DNA of 64,000 bases, from contig OZ038378.1 of assembly GCA_964036045.1 (NCBI GenBank), forward strand, positions 137,826,001 to 137,890,000. The letters run 5' to 3'. The position numbers were made by a program, and so were the translations under genes. Below the pieces are notes generated by a model. That model was not told the DNA's origin. It searched no databases and saw only the letters and a program-made list of their open reading frames with translations. The stretch comes from Eutreptiella sp. 'Long Island Sound 2002'. Its lineage: Eukaryota > Protista > Euglenida. Positions 44,409 to 55,485 of this stretch are shown here, piece after piece (positions within the stretch are counted from its first letter, which is position 1; each line of letters starts with the position of its first letter).

Positions 44409-46893
44409 CGGGCTACGTCCCTGTGCCCGCGAAAACACCACGTGTCGGTTGTCCAACAACAGGTGAAACTGCTACCACCTTCATTTGTCCTGGGCCCTTT
44501 CGACAAGGGCACGTCCAAGCTATGGATGGCTTGTGAGGGATATTTTTTCCCGCAGTTCCATAGCAATTTCTACCAGGCGCCGAAACGTTTTACTGAAATT
44601 ATAAGGTCACAGTCTCATTTACACGTGTCGACTGTACTCTACAACTACCTGGCGTCTGGTGCCGGGGCCTACCTGCGTACCAAAGTCACGATATGTACTC
44701 AATTGAGGTACACCCCATGCCCCCAAAGGGGTCCCCCTCCCCGGGGGACCTGATGCAAAGTCCCATTTGGCTCCCGTGCCTGTGGATGCTCTGCGGCACG
44801 GAGACATTGGCCTGTTTGACTTTTGTGCCCAGTCACGACTGTGTACATAGATTGTGGAGCACCCCAACCAAGAAGGGGACACGTCGAGCATGTGTGATTG
44901 AACATCATATGAATGCACTGGCAGTATGAACCATATGGATGTATGACAGGCGGTGGTGCACGCCTGTACGTTTCAGCAAACCACCTTTATGGCCAAAGTC
45001 AAGCCGCAGCCACCAGTTCCACTTTGTGACCCCTTGCGACACCGTGTCACTGAGCGGCTTACGCACGTCTCATCGCTCGTGAAAAAACATAATGCATGGT
45101 GCAAGGAAAACGAAAAGCCAAAACAGGCGGTTTTACCGATGTCCAATGAATGCCGCGGTTTCTGGACACAACTTGTGGACCACGGAACTTGCAAACTAAA
45201 ATCCTGCAAGAACCGGCCGTGTGAATCACAGGGGGCTAATTCACGTTCAGCTCGCTCTTTAACCAGGGGCCTGCGTACCCCACGGGAAAGGCTTCCTGGT
45301 GTAGCTCGGGGAGCCCCGCCTCAGGAGTCCCATACGAATGTGTGTGACTGCCAATGGATGGTACGGCCCCCGCCTGAGCCCCCACCTGACCAGCCCCCCC
45401 GTGCGCAGTGGACACCGCGACGTGGACGCCACTCAAGGCCCGTCTCGATGTCAACTATCTTGTCCCTGGGCTGTGTCTCCATGCAACTTGTTGCCTCTTT
45501 TGTTGGTGAGCAAGACGGGATGGCCTGGCTTCTCTCTAGCAAACAAATTCTGTTTAGGGCTATTACCTTCATCCGATTTTCTGATTTGTACTGGACGAAA
45601 TTGTCTCGCCTATCTCGATGGGCGTTGCAATCATGCACACTTATCAGTTGTCCTATTTTTCAGGCGTCGGTATTCAGTGATTTTCTGCAGCCGTTGGCCA
45701 ATATACCCAAACTCCCAATGGGTACGAGCCTGAACCAAATGTGCAGACCCCATACGAAGTTATTCCCGGTGCCTAACCCGCAGTTGCTCGTTAAATACAA
45801 GTCCAAGGAACATAAGGCCGCCATGAAAGCAGGGGAAGTGTTAACGCAGGATAAACACCCTTACAGGAGACTTGGAAAACTCATAGGGAGATGTGTGTCA
45901 CTTTTGTGGAAAGAAGCGATCACAGTACTGGACTCCAAGGAAATTGTGGCGATGAGCGATATCCTTCACCCCGTACGTGAATGGTTGTCAAAACTGACCG
46001 ACCCCCCACCGGGGACTGAATTCCGTTGGTTGGAATTTGACATCAAGGAAATGTTTCCTGAAATACACCGGGATGATTTGCTGCCGGCGCTCTGTTGGAT
46101 ACATGAACAGGTTTTACAGAAAAGGAAAAAAAGAGGAACACTCCGGTTCTTCGTTTCAAAAGATGGAAATCGCAAATTGGATAATTGCTCTCGAGGGGCT
46201 AGAGATGCGTTCCATGCGTTTACGTCTTCCGATGTTGTGCACTATGTTCTGTTCGAAACATTCGTTGGGGACTGCTTTGTAAATCTGTCATCCGTGATCA
46301 GCCAGAATACAGGCATACCCGTTGGAGGCTCCTGCTCAGCACAACTGGCCAGCCTGGTGTTGATCTACCGAGAAAAATCGCAGGATTTGCAGGGCTCTCT
46401 GAACTGTGGTCGTTGGTTGCGGTATAGGGACAATTTTCTGTTTCTTCGGGCGATGCCACTGGACAGCGCTGGAGCGAATCGAGTGCTGGAAGCGACCAGA
46501 ACTGATCTAAAACAGCTTACAGGAATGGACATCACAGTGGAACAGGATAGCTCCACACTGAGATTTCCGGAGTGCATGCTTCGTGACCCACTGGGGGATC
46601 ACCCACTGTCCTTACCCGATTTCTTGTGCTGCATAAGTGACTCCACACCTCCTCGGGTTGAAAAATTACTGGACCCGACTGCTCCAGGATGTGCTTCTAT
46701 GCTCCGATCGCTTGTACCTAGCTGGGTCAAGAAAGCTGCACATTACAGACTGTCACGTTTCACGGCCGAACGCAATCTGGAGTTTGTACAGCAACTGCTC
46801 ACACGGAAAGCTTACCCCACTAGTACGTGGAAGCCACTTCTACGGAAAGGAGCTAGAGCATGGGGCCTGAATCCACCGCAATCACATGCATAA
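44409..46893 (+). pseudogene. PLE-C2 ORF2, final segment: RT (interrupted by the 302-bp insert)
   Basis: GPFDKG; EFDIKEMFP; GIPVGGSCSAQLA; LRYRDNFL. Confidence 0.9.
44691..44992. mobile_element. 302-bp insertion with an 11-bp TSD-like flank
   Basis: CCAAAGTCACG (44680) and CCAAAGTCAAG (44993); absent from copy 1 at about 24946. Confidence 0.75.
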
Positions 46894-48335
46894 AGGAATG
46901 TCCTGCCTAACCTTGAGCCATGCCAGTGAAGGTGTATGTGTTGCTGAATAGACACAGGGTCTTGTGTGAAGCTGGGACAAACGTACCCGAATTGTACTAT
47001 ATGCATTTTCTGCATGCTTGTGAGAGTCTGTGCGAATTTCATGGTTTGCATATACAGGCTGTTCTACAGAAACCCCATGTGGCAGCTGTGCTGTTTGATT
47101 TGTTGGCTTCTTTTGCACTGCCTGTGTCTTGGAATCTGCCAAATTGAGCTGCACCACTACACGCCTGACGACGTTGAACAGCATCCTCGGCTAGATCAAC
47201 TTCAGAAGATTTAAGTTGTCTATGCATGGGACACAATGTGATTGATCGAACGTTTTTGCATGGCAATTGGTATGCTTTTGCTTGCTTGTTCCAGCACAAT
47301 CGAAACAAATTTTTCAAGAAGTTTCATCGCTATGTGCCTTTGAGTTGCATCATGCATGTTGCAACATGGGTCCATCCTCAACCTTCAACCCTAAGCATCA
47401 GTTTGAAAAGAGGTCCCCCCCCCCCCCATTACGCAACGGGCGCCCTGCCCACAGCAGGGGCCTGGCAAAGCAAGCACCCGGCACCGAACGGTATAAACAA
47501 TCTCAACCAAGTACTGCAGCCAAAAGCCGGACGCTGATCCCGCTGTCTTTGGGTACGGTTTCCATGCAAATAAGGTGAAGAGTATTGCGTTGTGCTCACC
47601 CATTGCCTGTGCATGCATCTGTTGTATGTCCCCTGCATGAAGTGGTGATGAATTGGGTTGTGCTTGCCCTTTGGGTGTGCCCGGGGGTTGCAGAAAGGGT
47701 GCCTTCTTGTGGGTTCCTGAAAATTTCTACTAGCCGCGGCTAGAGGGGGGGGGGGGGGGCGGGGGGGGCGGGGGGGGTCACCGGTCACCTCAAAACCTCC
47801 AGCCGCGGCCAGCCGCGGTTAGAATCGCTCCGAAGTACAAGGACTCCCCGAAGGCTCATTTGATTAATTTGCTCCGAATGCTTAAGAGGAAGGCAGGCAC
47901 GTAACTACGAAGTAAAGGCCCAAAGTGTTTCTCAGGTAAAAACTAGCCAAGAACTAGGTAAAATGGGTAAAATTTCAATAACTTGCTTTGTGCGTGTTTG
48001 CTCGCTTTGCCCTCGCTTAGGATGTGTAACGGCCACATTTGCATCGAAACAGGTTGAAATATGGGCGAAAACGGAGGTGTTTTGCCACTTTTACGTGTCC
48101 CGCACCACACCACCCCCCTGTACATGCAATTATTGCCCTTTGCAGCCTTTTTGCGAGCGTAAAAGGGTGTATTTGGGTGATTACCACAAGTTCAGCTCGT
48201 ACCCAAAAAGGGTAATTTACACACGTAAAAGGGTGTATTTGCTTGTCTCGTGAATTCCGCCGCGGACGCAAATTAGGTCTTTTGCGCACGCAAAATCTAT
48301 GTAATTGCCTCTTCACTCCTAGGGTCTTCTCTTTC

Positions 48336-50261
48336 ATGGGACATGCGTGGCAAGAAATCCAAAGCCAAGGCCGCTGCCCAAGCCCCCGGGGACCCGCATC
48401 CACCGCCCAAGCCCACCCCTTCTCCCCGCACTACCCACGAGCCCACCAAGGAGGTTGTTGATGAGTATGTGAAGGTGGTAGGTGTGGAAAATGTGGCGGG
48501 AACTTGTATCCAGGTGTTGGATTGTGCACTCTCGGTGAACGAGATTACGGGGTTGCCGGCTATCCCCGAGGATGTTGCTCAGTGAGAGAGCGGCTGCAAA
48601 AGTTGCAGCAGGAAAACGCTGAACCCTTGAGATATTTGTTGAGGGTTAACCTGCAGGCCGGTCCAGTTGCTTTGACCAAGGGAGTTTTGAGCAATTTAGC
48701 TCCGGGCCTATACCATTGGTTGAGCCCTGGCCCAACGGGGATAATCCTGCAACTTACCGCACATATGTGAACGGCATTGTTTGCCATGATGCAACCTTCC
48801 CAATGCGCCCAACGGCAATATGTGTCGGTGTACCATGGTCAGACCCCGTCAAGGTGAAACATCGGGAAGAGCGCCTCGAGACGGACACGTACATTTTTTT
48901 CCGGGAGTCCAAATTTGCGGACTGGTCGGCCTACGGAGCGATTTAGTCCGTGGGTCGGCGCGAGACCTTGAAAGGACCGGCCATTCGTGATTTGACGCAG
49001 CCCACAATTTTTGTATCACAAGACGCATTTTTTGGGTCTGGTATGGGTTGTCCGTCGCCAGACATCGCAGTGAAATGTTCCGTGTCTCGGCTTCCGTTGC
49101 CGGATCTGCCCTCTAAGACCCCCGAGGAGTATGAGGCCATAGGCTACCGTTTGGTGGAGGACATTCTGCCATCGGACCTGGTGGATCAGTTGTGTGCCCT
49201 GCAGTTGCAGGGAGATGAGAATTGGGAAGACATTCTCCTTTAGCGCCACAACCAAGGTGGTGGGCGCCGGCAGACCGCCCCGGGAACGGTGAACAAGTGG
49301 CTCCCCTCGGAAATCAAGTGGCGTTTGCTGCGCATTTTGGCAGACCTTTTCCCGGTGCTGGATGACCTGGAGGACAAGGAGCCTTGGTTGGTGGAACGGA
49401 TGGAGGCCCCCCCGTGGTGGGGCTACCAATCGCCGCACCGCGATTTTATGCTTACGTTGCGGGGTGCCGCGGACACAAGGGTGGTTTTCATATCCCTGCA
49501 CGATGTTCCCCCATGAAAATCTTTGCAAATTGCACCGGGGACGTGCCATGGCTACTACACGTCCAACTGGCACGTGGTCCTGCAAAAGCGTGGCAGTGTT
49601 TTGCTGATGGATGGAACGTTGATCCATCGTGGAGCTGGTGGGCCGGGGAGGACGATTTTTTCCCCTTTGTGCCGGAAGAATTCCGCACACCCCCGAATGT
49701 GGTGGAACCGGAGAATGTCCCGGACCTGATGTTTGTTGAGCCGGAGGTACCGGAGGTGGGAGAGGCGGAGGAGGACCCCCCGGCAACCTCTTCGGGCACT
49801 GATTTGCAGCCCCTTGCACCACTTGCCCCAAAGTTCAGTTGGTAGGCGCCCCTGAAAACGCCCCCGGGGATGGAGAAGAAAGTCCCCAACATGGGTGCCG
49901 TGTGGGTCATTGGGAGTGGGGTTGGGACCGCTGCCATCAGTGTGTGCCCATTCACAAGGGAGGGACTCGGGCCAGAGGAGGAGAATGCCGAGCAGTGCTC
50001 GATGCCCTGGTACCATCGGTGGTGGATCCCCCTCCCATGGCGGACAACATGGCGCGGGTCCCCGTCTCCCCCGGCTGTGTCTACTTTGGGTTCTGTCCCA
50101 GCAGCCTCGTCCTCACGCGCGCAGCCAGCGCCAGTGAGATGCATTGGGCTTCAACGGCGATGCACTATACCGCCTCAATGCCGAGCATGCAAGCCGAGTC
50201 GGATGGCAAGGTCAAGTGTGACCACAAGACGAAGGAATATAAGTGCCCATGTCCGGAGAAG
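48336..50261 (+). pseudogene. Y gene A exon 1 with PhyH-like Fe(II)/2OG dioxygenase (about 49130-49680) and C-terminal CPC
   Basis: GYRLVEDIL...QSPHRD...VFISLHD...QIAPG...RGSVLLMDGTLIHRGAGGPGRTIF; several stops and frameshifts. Confidence 0.75.
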
Positions 50262-50521
50262 GTGTGTAATTTTTGCGCGCGCAAAATGCATCGTTTGCGC
50301 ATCCGCTATACGCATGGCGAGAACGCACAATGGGTCATTTACGCACGCAAAATAGGGTATTTACATCGTTGCCTGATTTCAACCTCTGACGCAAAATAGT
50401 TCGTTTACGTGCGTAAATTCATGTATTTGCGTGTTCACCCAATCTCAACCCGGGACGCAAAGTGTGTCATTTGTGCACGCAAAATTCAAGTAAATTCATG
50501 CATTTCCTTCATATCTTTTCG

Positions 50522-51830
50522 ATTCCCGCGAACTTCTTGCCCTTCGCGGTGGTGGATCCCGGGCCCGCCGACAGCAGTGCTGGTTTCAGCGCCAGAGGTG
50601 GTGCTGGAGCCCAACCCGGAGACAGTGGCGCGGCTGGTGAAGCCGCCGATCTGGTGACGTTTCCGGAACTTGGTGATTTCAACGTCCGGTACGTGCATGG
50701 GTATGGCAAGGTTGCCAATGTGGAGGCGGGAATGGTTTTTTTGGAGGATTGTTCAAGGTTACTTCAATGAGAGATCTTCTGGGGCATTTCGGTGCGGCCC
50801 TTGGGTGCCAAGACCGGGTCTGGACGGGAGGCGGGAGGTCCGTCGGTGACGTTGTTTTGCCCGTTTTGGGTGAAACACAAGAAGGGGCAAGAGGAGAAAG
50901 TGTTCCTCGTTCCCTTCCTGTACATGCGGCCACCCAGCTCGCACACGTGGGCCCTCCTCGGCACCCAAGACCAGCTAGGGCAGCTGCAGAAAGTGCGTGG
51001 GGTGCCACTCAGTGCAATTGGAGGTGTCCTACCGGGGACACATGTGGTTGGTGGTGCGGCGCAAACGGCGGCACTCACTGCGAGGGTGGAAGCCTTTTGG
51101 CTGAGGTGGGAGAAGGAAGCGCGTAGCGACATGTCGCGCAAGGTGGAGGCTCATGCACGGAAGCTGGCCCAGGGCAAGGATGTGGCTTCGGAATCCTGTG
51201 CTGAAAAAAAATCTTCCGTGGTTTTTGGGAAGAGGTCCCACGGCCGCCCCCCCAAGGCGCCCGGAAAGGTGCCGGGGGTCACTCCGGCCGGGCAAACCTC
51301 CGAGCTGCTGCGGCTGCAGTTGGAGAATGAGTTGCTGAAGGGGAAGGTGGCGCTGCTAGAGGACCAGGTGGCGGAGCGCGAAGCACAGCTGGTTACTGTG
51401 TGTCGCGAGAGGCAGCGGGCCGATGAGCTGCTGATGCAGCGGGACAGCCAGCTGCTGGCGGAGCGCAGCATGGCCAGTAAGGCGGAATCGGGTTGGCGAA
51501 CCTAGGAGAAGAAGCTCCCGGACGAGCTGGAGGCTGCGCGTGGGCAGCGCGGGACGAAGTGCACCGCTCCTAAGCTTGTGCCTATGCAGGACGCGAGTGC
51601 CGCGGAGGACAAGGCGTGGCTGATGTAGTCCGCCGTTGAGTTGCGACCGGGACTGCCGCAAGCAGCAACGGCCACGGCTCTGCTGGAGGATAGCCTCAAG
51701 CGAGCCGACAAGGAGGCTGCGCCCCCTCCGTCGTCTCCAGAGGCGTTGGACGCGTTGCTGAAGAAGTACGGGCTCGGAGACATCCTCCAATCGCCGAGAA
51801 GAAAGGGGCAACCGAGCCCCTGACCCCAAC
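50522..51830 (+). pseudogene. Y gene A putative exon 2 with a coiled coil; boundaries approximate
   Basis: LPFAVVDP resembles X2 VPFTAWSP; ELLRLQLENELLKGKVALLEDQV heptads; expected acceptor reads TCG rather than AG. Confidence 0.5.
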
Positions 51831-51859
51831 GGGGGGGTCGCCGCGGTCTCAGGGATCTG

Positions 51860-52300
51860 GGGCCCGGTGAGGTGGCCGGCGGTGATCGGATGGTGATGGT
51901 GCCGGTGAGTGATGGTGATCGGATGGTGATGTTGTTGGTGGGAGATGGTGATTGGATGGTGATGGTGGTGGTGGGTCATGCGGATCGGATGGTGATGGTG
52001 TTGGTGAGTCATGGTGATCGGATGATGATGGTTGGTGATCGGACGGTGACGGTGTACGTGGAAGATGGTGATTGGTGACGTGGAGGTCACCCGGAGGCAA
52101 CGGTGTTGCCGCCTACGTGTCTTTCATTTCAAAAGTGAGGGGGGAATTGTGTTGTTGTCATTCATTCATTTTCAATGTCAATGTGTCATTCATTTCAAAA
52201 GTGAGGGTCACTGGTGGGCCTGGGGGGATTGTGTTGTTGTCAGTTAGTTGTTTTCAACGTCAATGTGTCATTCATTTGAAAAAAGAGGGTCACCGGTGGG
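51860..52300. repeat. GGTGATCGGATGGTGAT tandem array followed by CATTCATTTCAAAAGTGAGGG repeats
   Basis: Direct inspection. Confidence 0.8.
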
Positions 52301-52661
52301 TTTTATGTTGTCTGCCTGTCTTTAGCGCCTGTTTGGGTGGTTGCGGTTCTTCAAGTTGAATTTTTCATTGATCTTCAACCCTTTCAACTTCTTCGCAGGA
52401 TTCTTCAATGGCCTTTACACCTGGGACGCAAAAACACCCTTTTGCGTGCGCATATGGCACGTTTTGCGTGTCGACTGTTTTTCGAGTGAGAACGCAAAAA
52501 CACCTTTTTGCGTGCGCAAAAGGCCCTTTTTGTGGTGCTAAAGAAAGTAGGGTGGGTACGCAAATAGGCGCATTTACGCACGCAAAAACGCGGTAATTGT
52601 GTCTCCTACCTGCAGTGCAATGCGCTTGTGCCGCATGCGTCCCAGGTGTTCTTTCTATATT

Positions 52662-54371
52662 ATGCCGCTGCATCCGTGGCAATTCCACCACTTGCCCCTG
52701 GGCAATCGCCAAGGCTGTGGTGAACGGAACAGCAGCTTGCATCGTGCGGTGCGTGACATTATGGGGGAGGATTGGCATGTGCGAATGCGGAGTGGGGTTA
52801 CGAATGTGGTGGACGTGTACATGGATGTCCCCACGGATCATCAACTGGATTTGGAGTTGAATGCCATGGCAATGTTGTGGGAATCGAGGAAGGAGGGGCA
52901 AAGTGTGCGGCGGCTGCAGTACAGCCGGTCAACATCCACTTGGCATTTCTCCATGGGCGAATCGTCTCCGTGCGAAAGACCTTGGGTGCCCCCCTACCCA
53001 TTGATTTCGTGTTGCATACCCTTCTCTTGGCTCTTGGCGGTAGTGATTTGATTGGGTCCAGGGTGAATCTGAAGGAAAAGCTGCAGCTTATGTGGCAGCA
53101 TAACCCCCCATTAACACAAGGTAACCAAGTTTTGGTGGGGATTTCCATTGATGGCACCAAACTTTGGCAACGTTCTTTTGAGCACTTTGCGGTAGGGGAG
53201 TTGGGGAGCCGTCTACCTTTGGGTTCATGGGTGCTACTCCAGGGCTCGGAGACCGCCCAAATTCTTCGCGACCTGCTCTACTAGCAGAATTTGAACCTTG
53301 TTGTGTTGGCTGCGAATGGGATGCAAGTTTTGAATGAGGGAGGGTTTGCAACTCCCGTTGTGTGTGTGATTATTGCTGACACCAAGGCGCAAGTTGGCCT
53401 CTCGGGCTGTCGCAATTTCAAGTGTAACGACCCTTTGGCACATGTGTGCTGGCTTTGCGGGGGGACCCATCGTCATTGTTCGGGTGCGTTTGGGCAGGGA
53501 ATTTCAATTTTGCTCAACGTTTGGCATTGGGGGGGGGGACATTACCAGCAGTCCTCCCTTTTCAAAGACCCCCCCGACTTTGGACTCCATGGGGTGCACT
53601 GTTTGGTGCATTGTGCCGGCAGTGGGTTGGTTAAGGCTTTGATGCATCACCATGGGTGGACGAAGGGGGGGGCATTGGTTGGGGTGCAGTGGTTTTGGGA
53701 TGACATCAGGGTTAAGAGCCGTACGGCCACGGCGGCTGATTGTGAGCACGAGAAGGTGCCAAAGAAGGCCGTGCGATTGCAAAGTGCCGCGGGGGCATGG
53801 GTGAAACGGCAAGGCTGGGCTTGCATTGCCGACTACTCGGAGGTGTCGATCTTTTACAAGTCCCGGTGCAAGTTGGGGGGGGGTTGCAATGACATGGACT
53901 GCTTGTTGGCGTTTGTGGGGAGAGAAATTTGCAATGACCCGTGACCTTGTGTGGAAGGAGGGGAGGTAGGACCTTCGCGATATGAATGTGTTGAAAGGTG
54001 CTTTGTCCGAGATGGGGAGTGCCCACAAAGCTTGTGGGTTTGTGGTGACCCTATGGGCCCACCTTTGGCAGCACCACATGTGGGGGATCGCGAGGGAATA
54101 GGGCACCCTGTCCGCATTCAGTGCTTTCAGGGGTGAGGGGAGGCATCAGTCGTTGAAGAGTGAGATTAGGAAGAGGAGCTGCAAGGGGGGAAGTAAGAAA
54201 CGGGGATCTCGCCTACGGGGGGCACGCCGAGCAATGAGTAAGGGGTGGCCCGAAGTGCTTCGGAACGACAATTTGGACTTGGGGTTGTTTAGCGGGGGTT
54301 CAATGTGTGGCAGCCTTCTTGGACCCGCCAAGAGGCATATGGGAGTGCCGAGCAGTACTGGGAAGGGGTGA
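52662..54371 (+). pseudogene. Y transposase, homologous to the X2 transposase (stops and frameshifts)
   Basis: SIDG; IADTK...CWLC; PDFGLHG; LWAHLWQHHMW...FSAFRGEGRHQSLK matches X2 LWTHLWIDHMY...FSCFAMEGSHRRLK. Confidence 0.82.
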
Positions 54372-55485
54372 TGCGTAAGGGGAAGTTGTAGGGTTTCTCG
54401 CATGTTTGTCTTACAATCTTACAATTTTATTGTGCATACTTTGGTCATTTGGTGGTGGAATACCACTTGGACATGTGTGACTCAATGATTGGAACAATGC
54501 AAAGAAAGATCCCTGCAAATGCCTCCATGTTTGCTTGCACGCATGGCATGCATTGGACCCGGGATGTGGGTTTGTGTTTGGGTGTAAAGGGGGAGGTCCA
54601 AAAGCAGGCGTTTACCTGGATTTTGCGTAGGTAAAAGGGGTATTTTGCGTCCCGAGTGAAAAAAAATCTGGTAAGTAAAATTGGCAGTTTACGCACGAGA
54701 AAGGGCCTTTTTAGGCACGCAAAACCAAGTAAAATACTTGAAGCATAGTACCAGGCCTCGCAAGTACAAGGGAACACTGCGGGTAGGGGGAGGGGACCAC
54801 CGCGGGTGTTTCCAACATAGAAGCCAAGCCATGGGGGTATTTTTAGCATGCCGGATTTGAATTTCATACTCATTTTTGACCAAAATGATGTTTTCGACCA
54901 CTTCCTAATTTTTACCCCATTTTTACTTCTTTCTTTGGCTATTTACTGAGAAACATTACTTCGTAGTTACACATCAGCCTCGGGCGATTGGCACACCACT
55001 ACAAGCAGTGCATTGACGCCATGGAGCATTCTGTTTGGGCCGAACGCAGGTTTGAGTTGGGCTGCGCCGCGGGAGTGGTGGGGAATGTGCCCGGTGAAAC
55101 GCTCATCAGGCCCCTGAAGTTTCGAGGCCACTACTGCAAGTCTGTCCCGGAGGCTACGCGCATCATCAAGAGTCGAAGTGGCCATTATCACGGAAACTTA
55201 GAGAGCGATGGACGGGACAATTTTGACCTCGTTCAATGTGCTCGTATGCATCTCATTTGTGGTTTGTTGAATTGTGCTCCATTGTAACGGGTTTTTCTGC
55301 TGCTGCCTTAGGGAATGTTACACGGCATCTTATATTACTCAGGTAAAAAAGGGGGGAATGGGGGGTCCAACCATCCCTTGAGTAACAATGATCGATTTAC
55401 CTGGTGCCGTGTATTTTTGCATGGTTGCCGCCCATTTTTGAGTAACAGGGACAGGGAGGGGTAGGGGGTCAAGGTCTGGTGTTAC

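Larger units (their letters stand above)
27166..47217 (+). mobile_element. PLE family C copy 2, full length, carrying three nested insertions
   Basis: ORF1 plus ORF2 segments rejoin colinearly with copy 1 after removing the YR element, X2 and the 302-bp insert. Confidence 0.88.
47900..54971 (+). mobile_element. Y: two-gene DNA transposon related to X2 (7072 bp)
   Basis: TIR (C)GTAACTACGAAGTAA...TTACTTCGTAGTTAC(A); CA TSD (47898-99, 54972-73) restores the target frame. Confidence 0.85.
47833..55287 (+). pseudogene. Unknown ORF split by element Y (about 47833-47899 plus 54974-55287)
   Basis: Removing Y with a CA TSD gives an open frame LRMLKRKAG-I-SLGRLAHHYKQ; no recognisable domain. Confidence 0.5.

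Noticed and set aside
47899-54972. Alternative reading of the Y ends as GTAAC...GTTAC with an AC TSD
   Set aside because: Only the CA TSD restores the target reading frame and matches the TGTA...TACA ends of X
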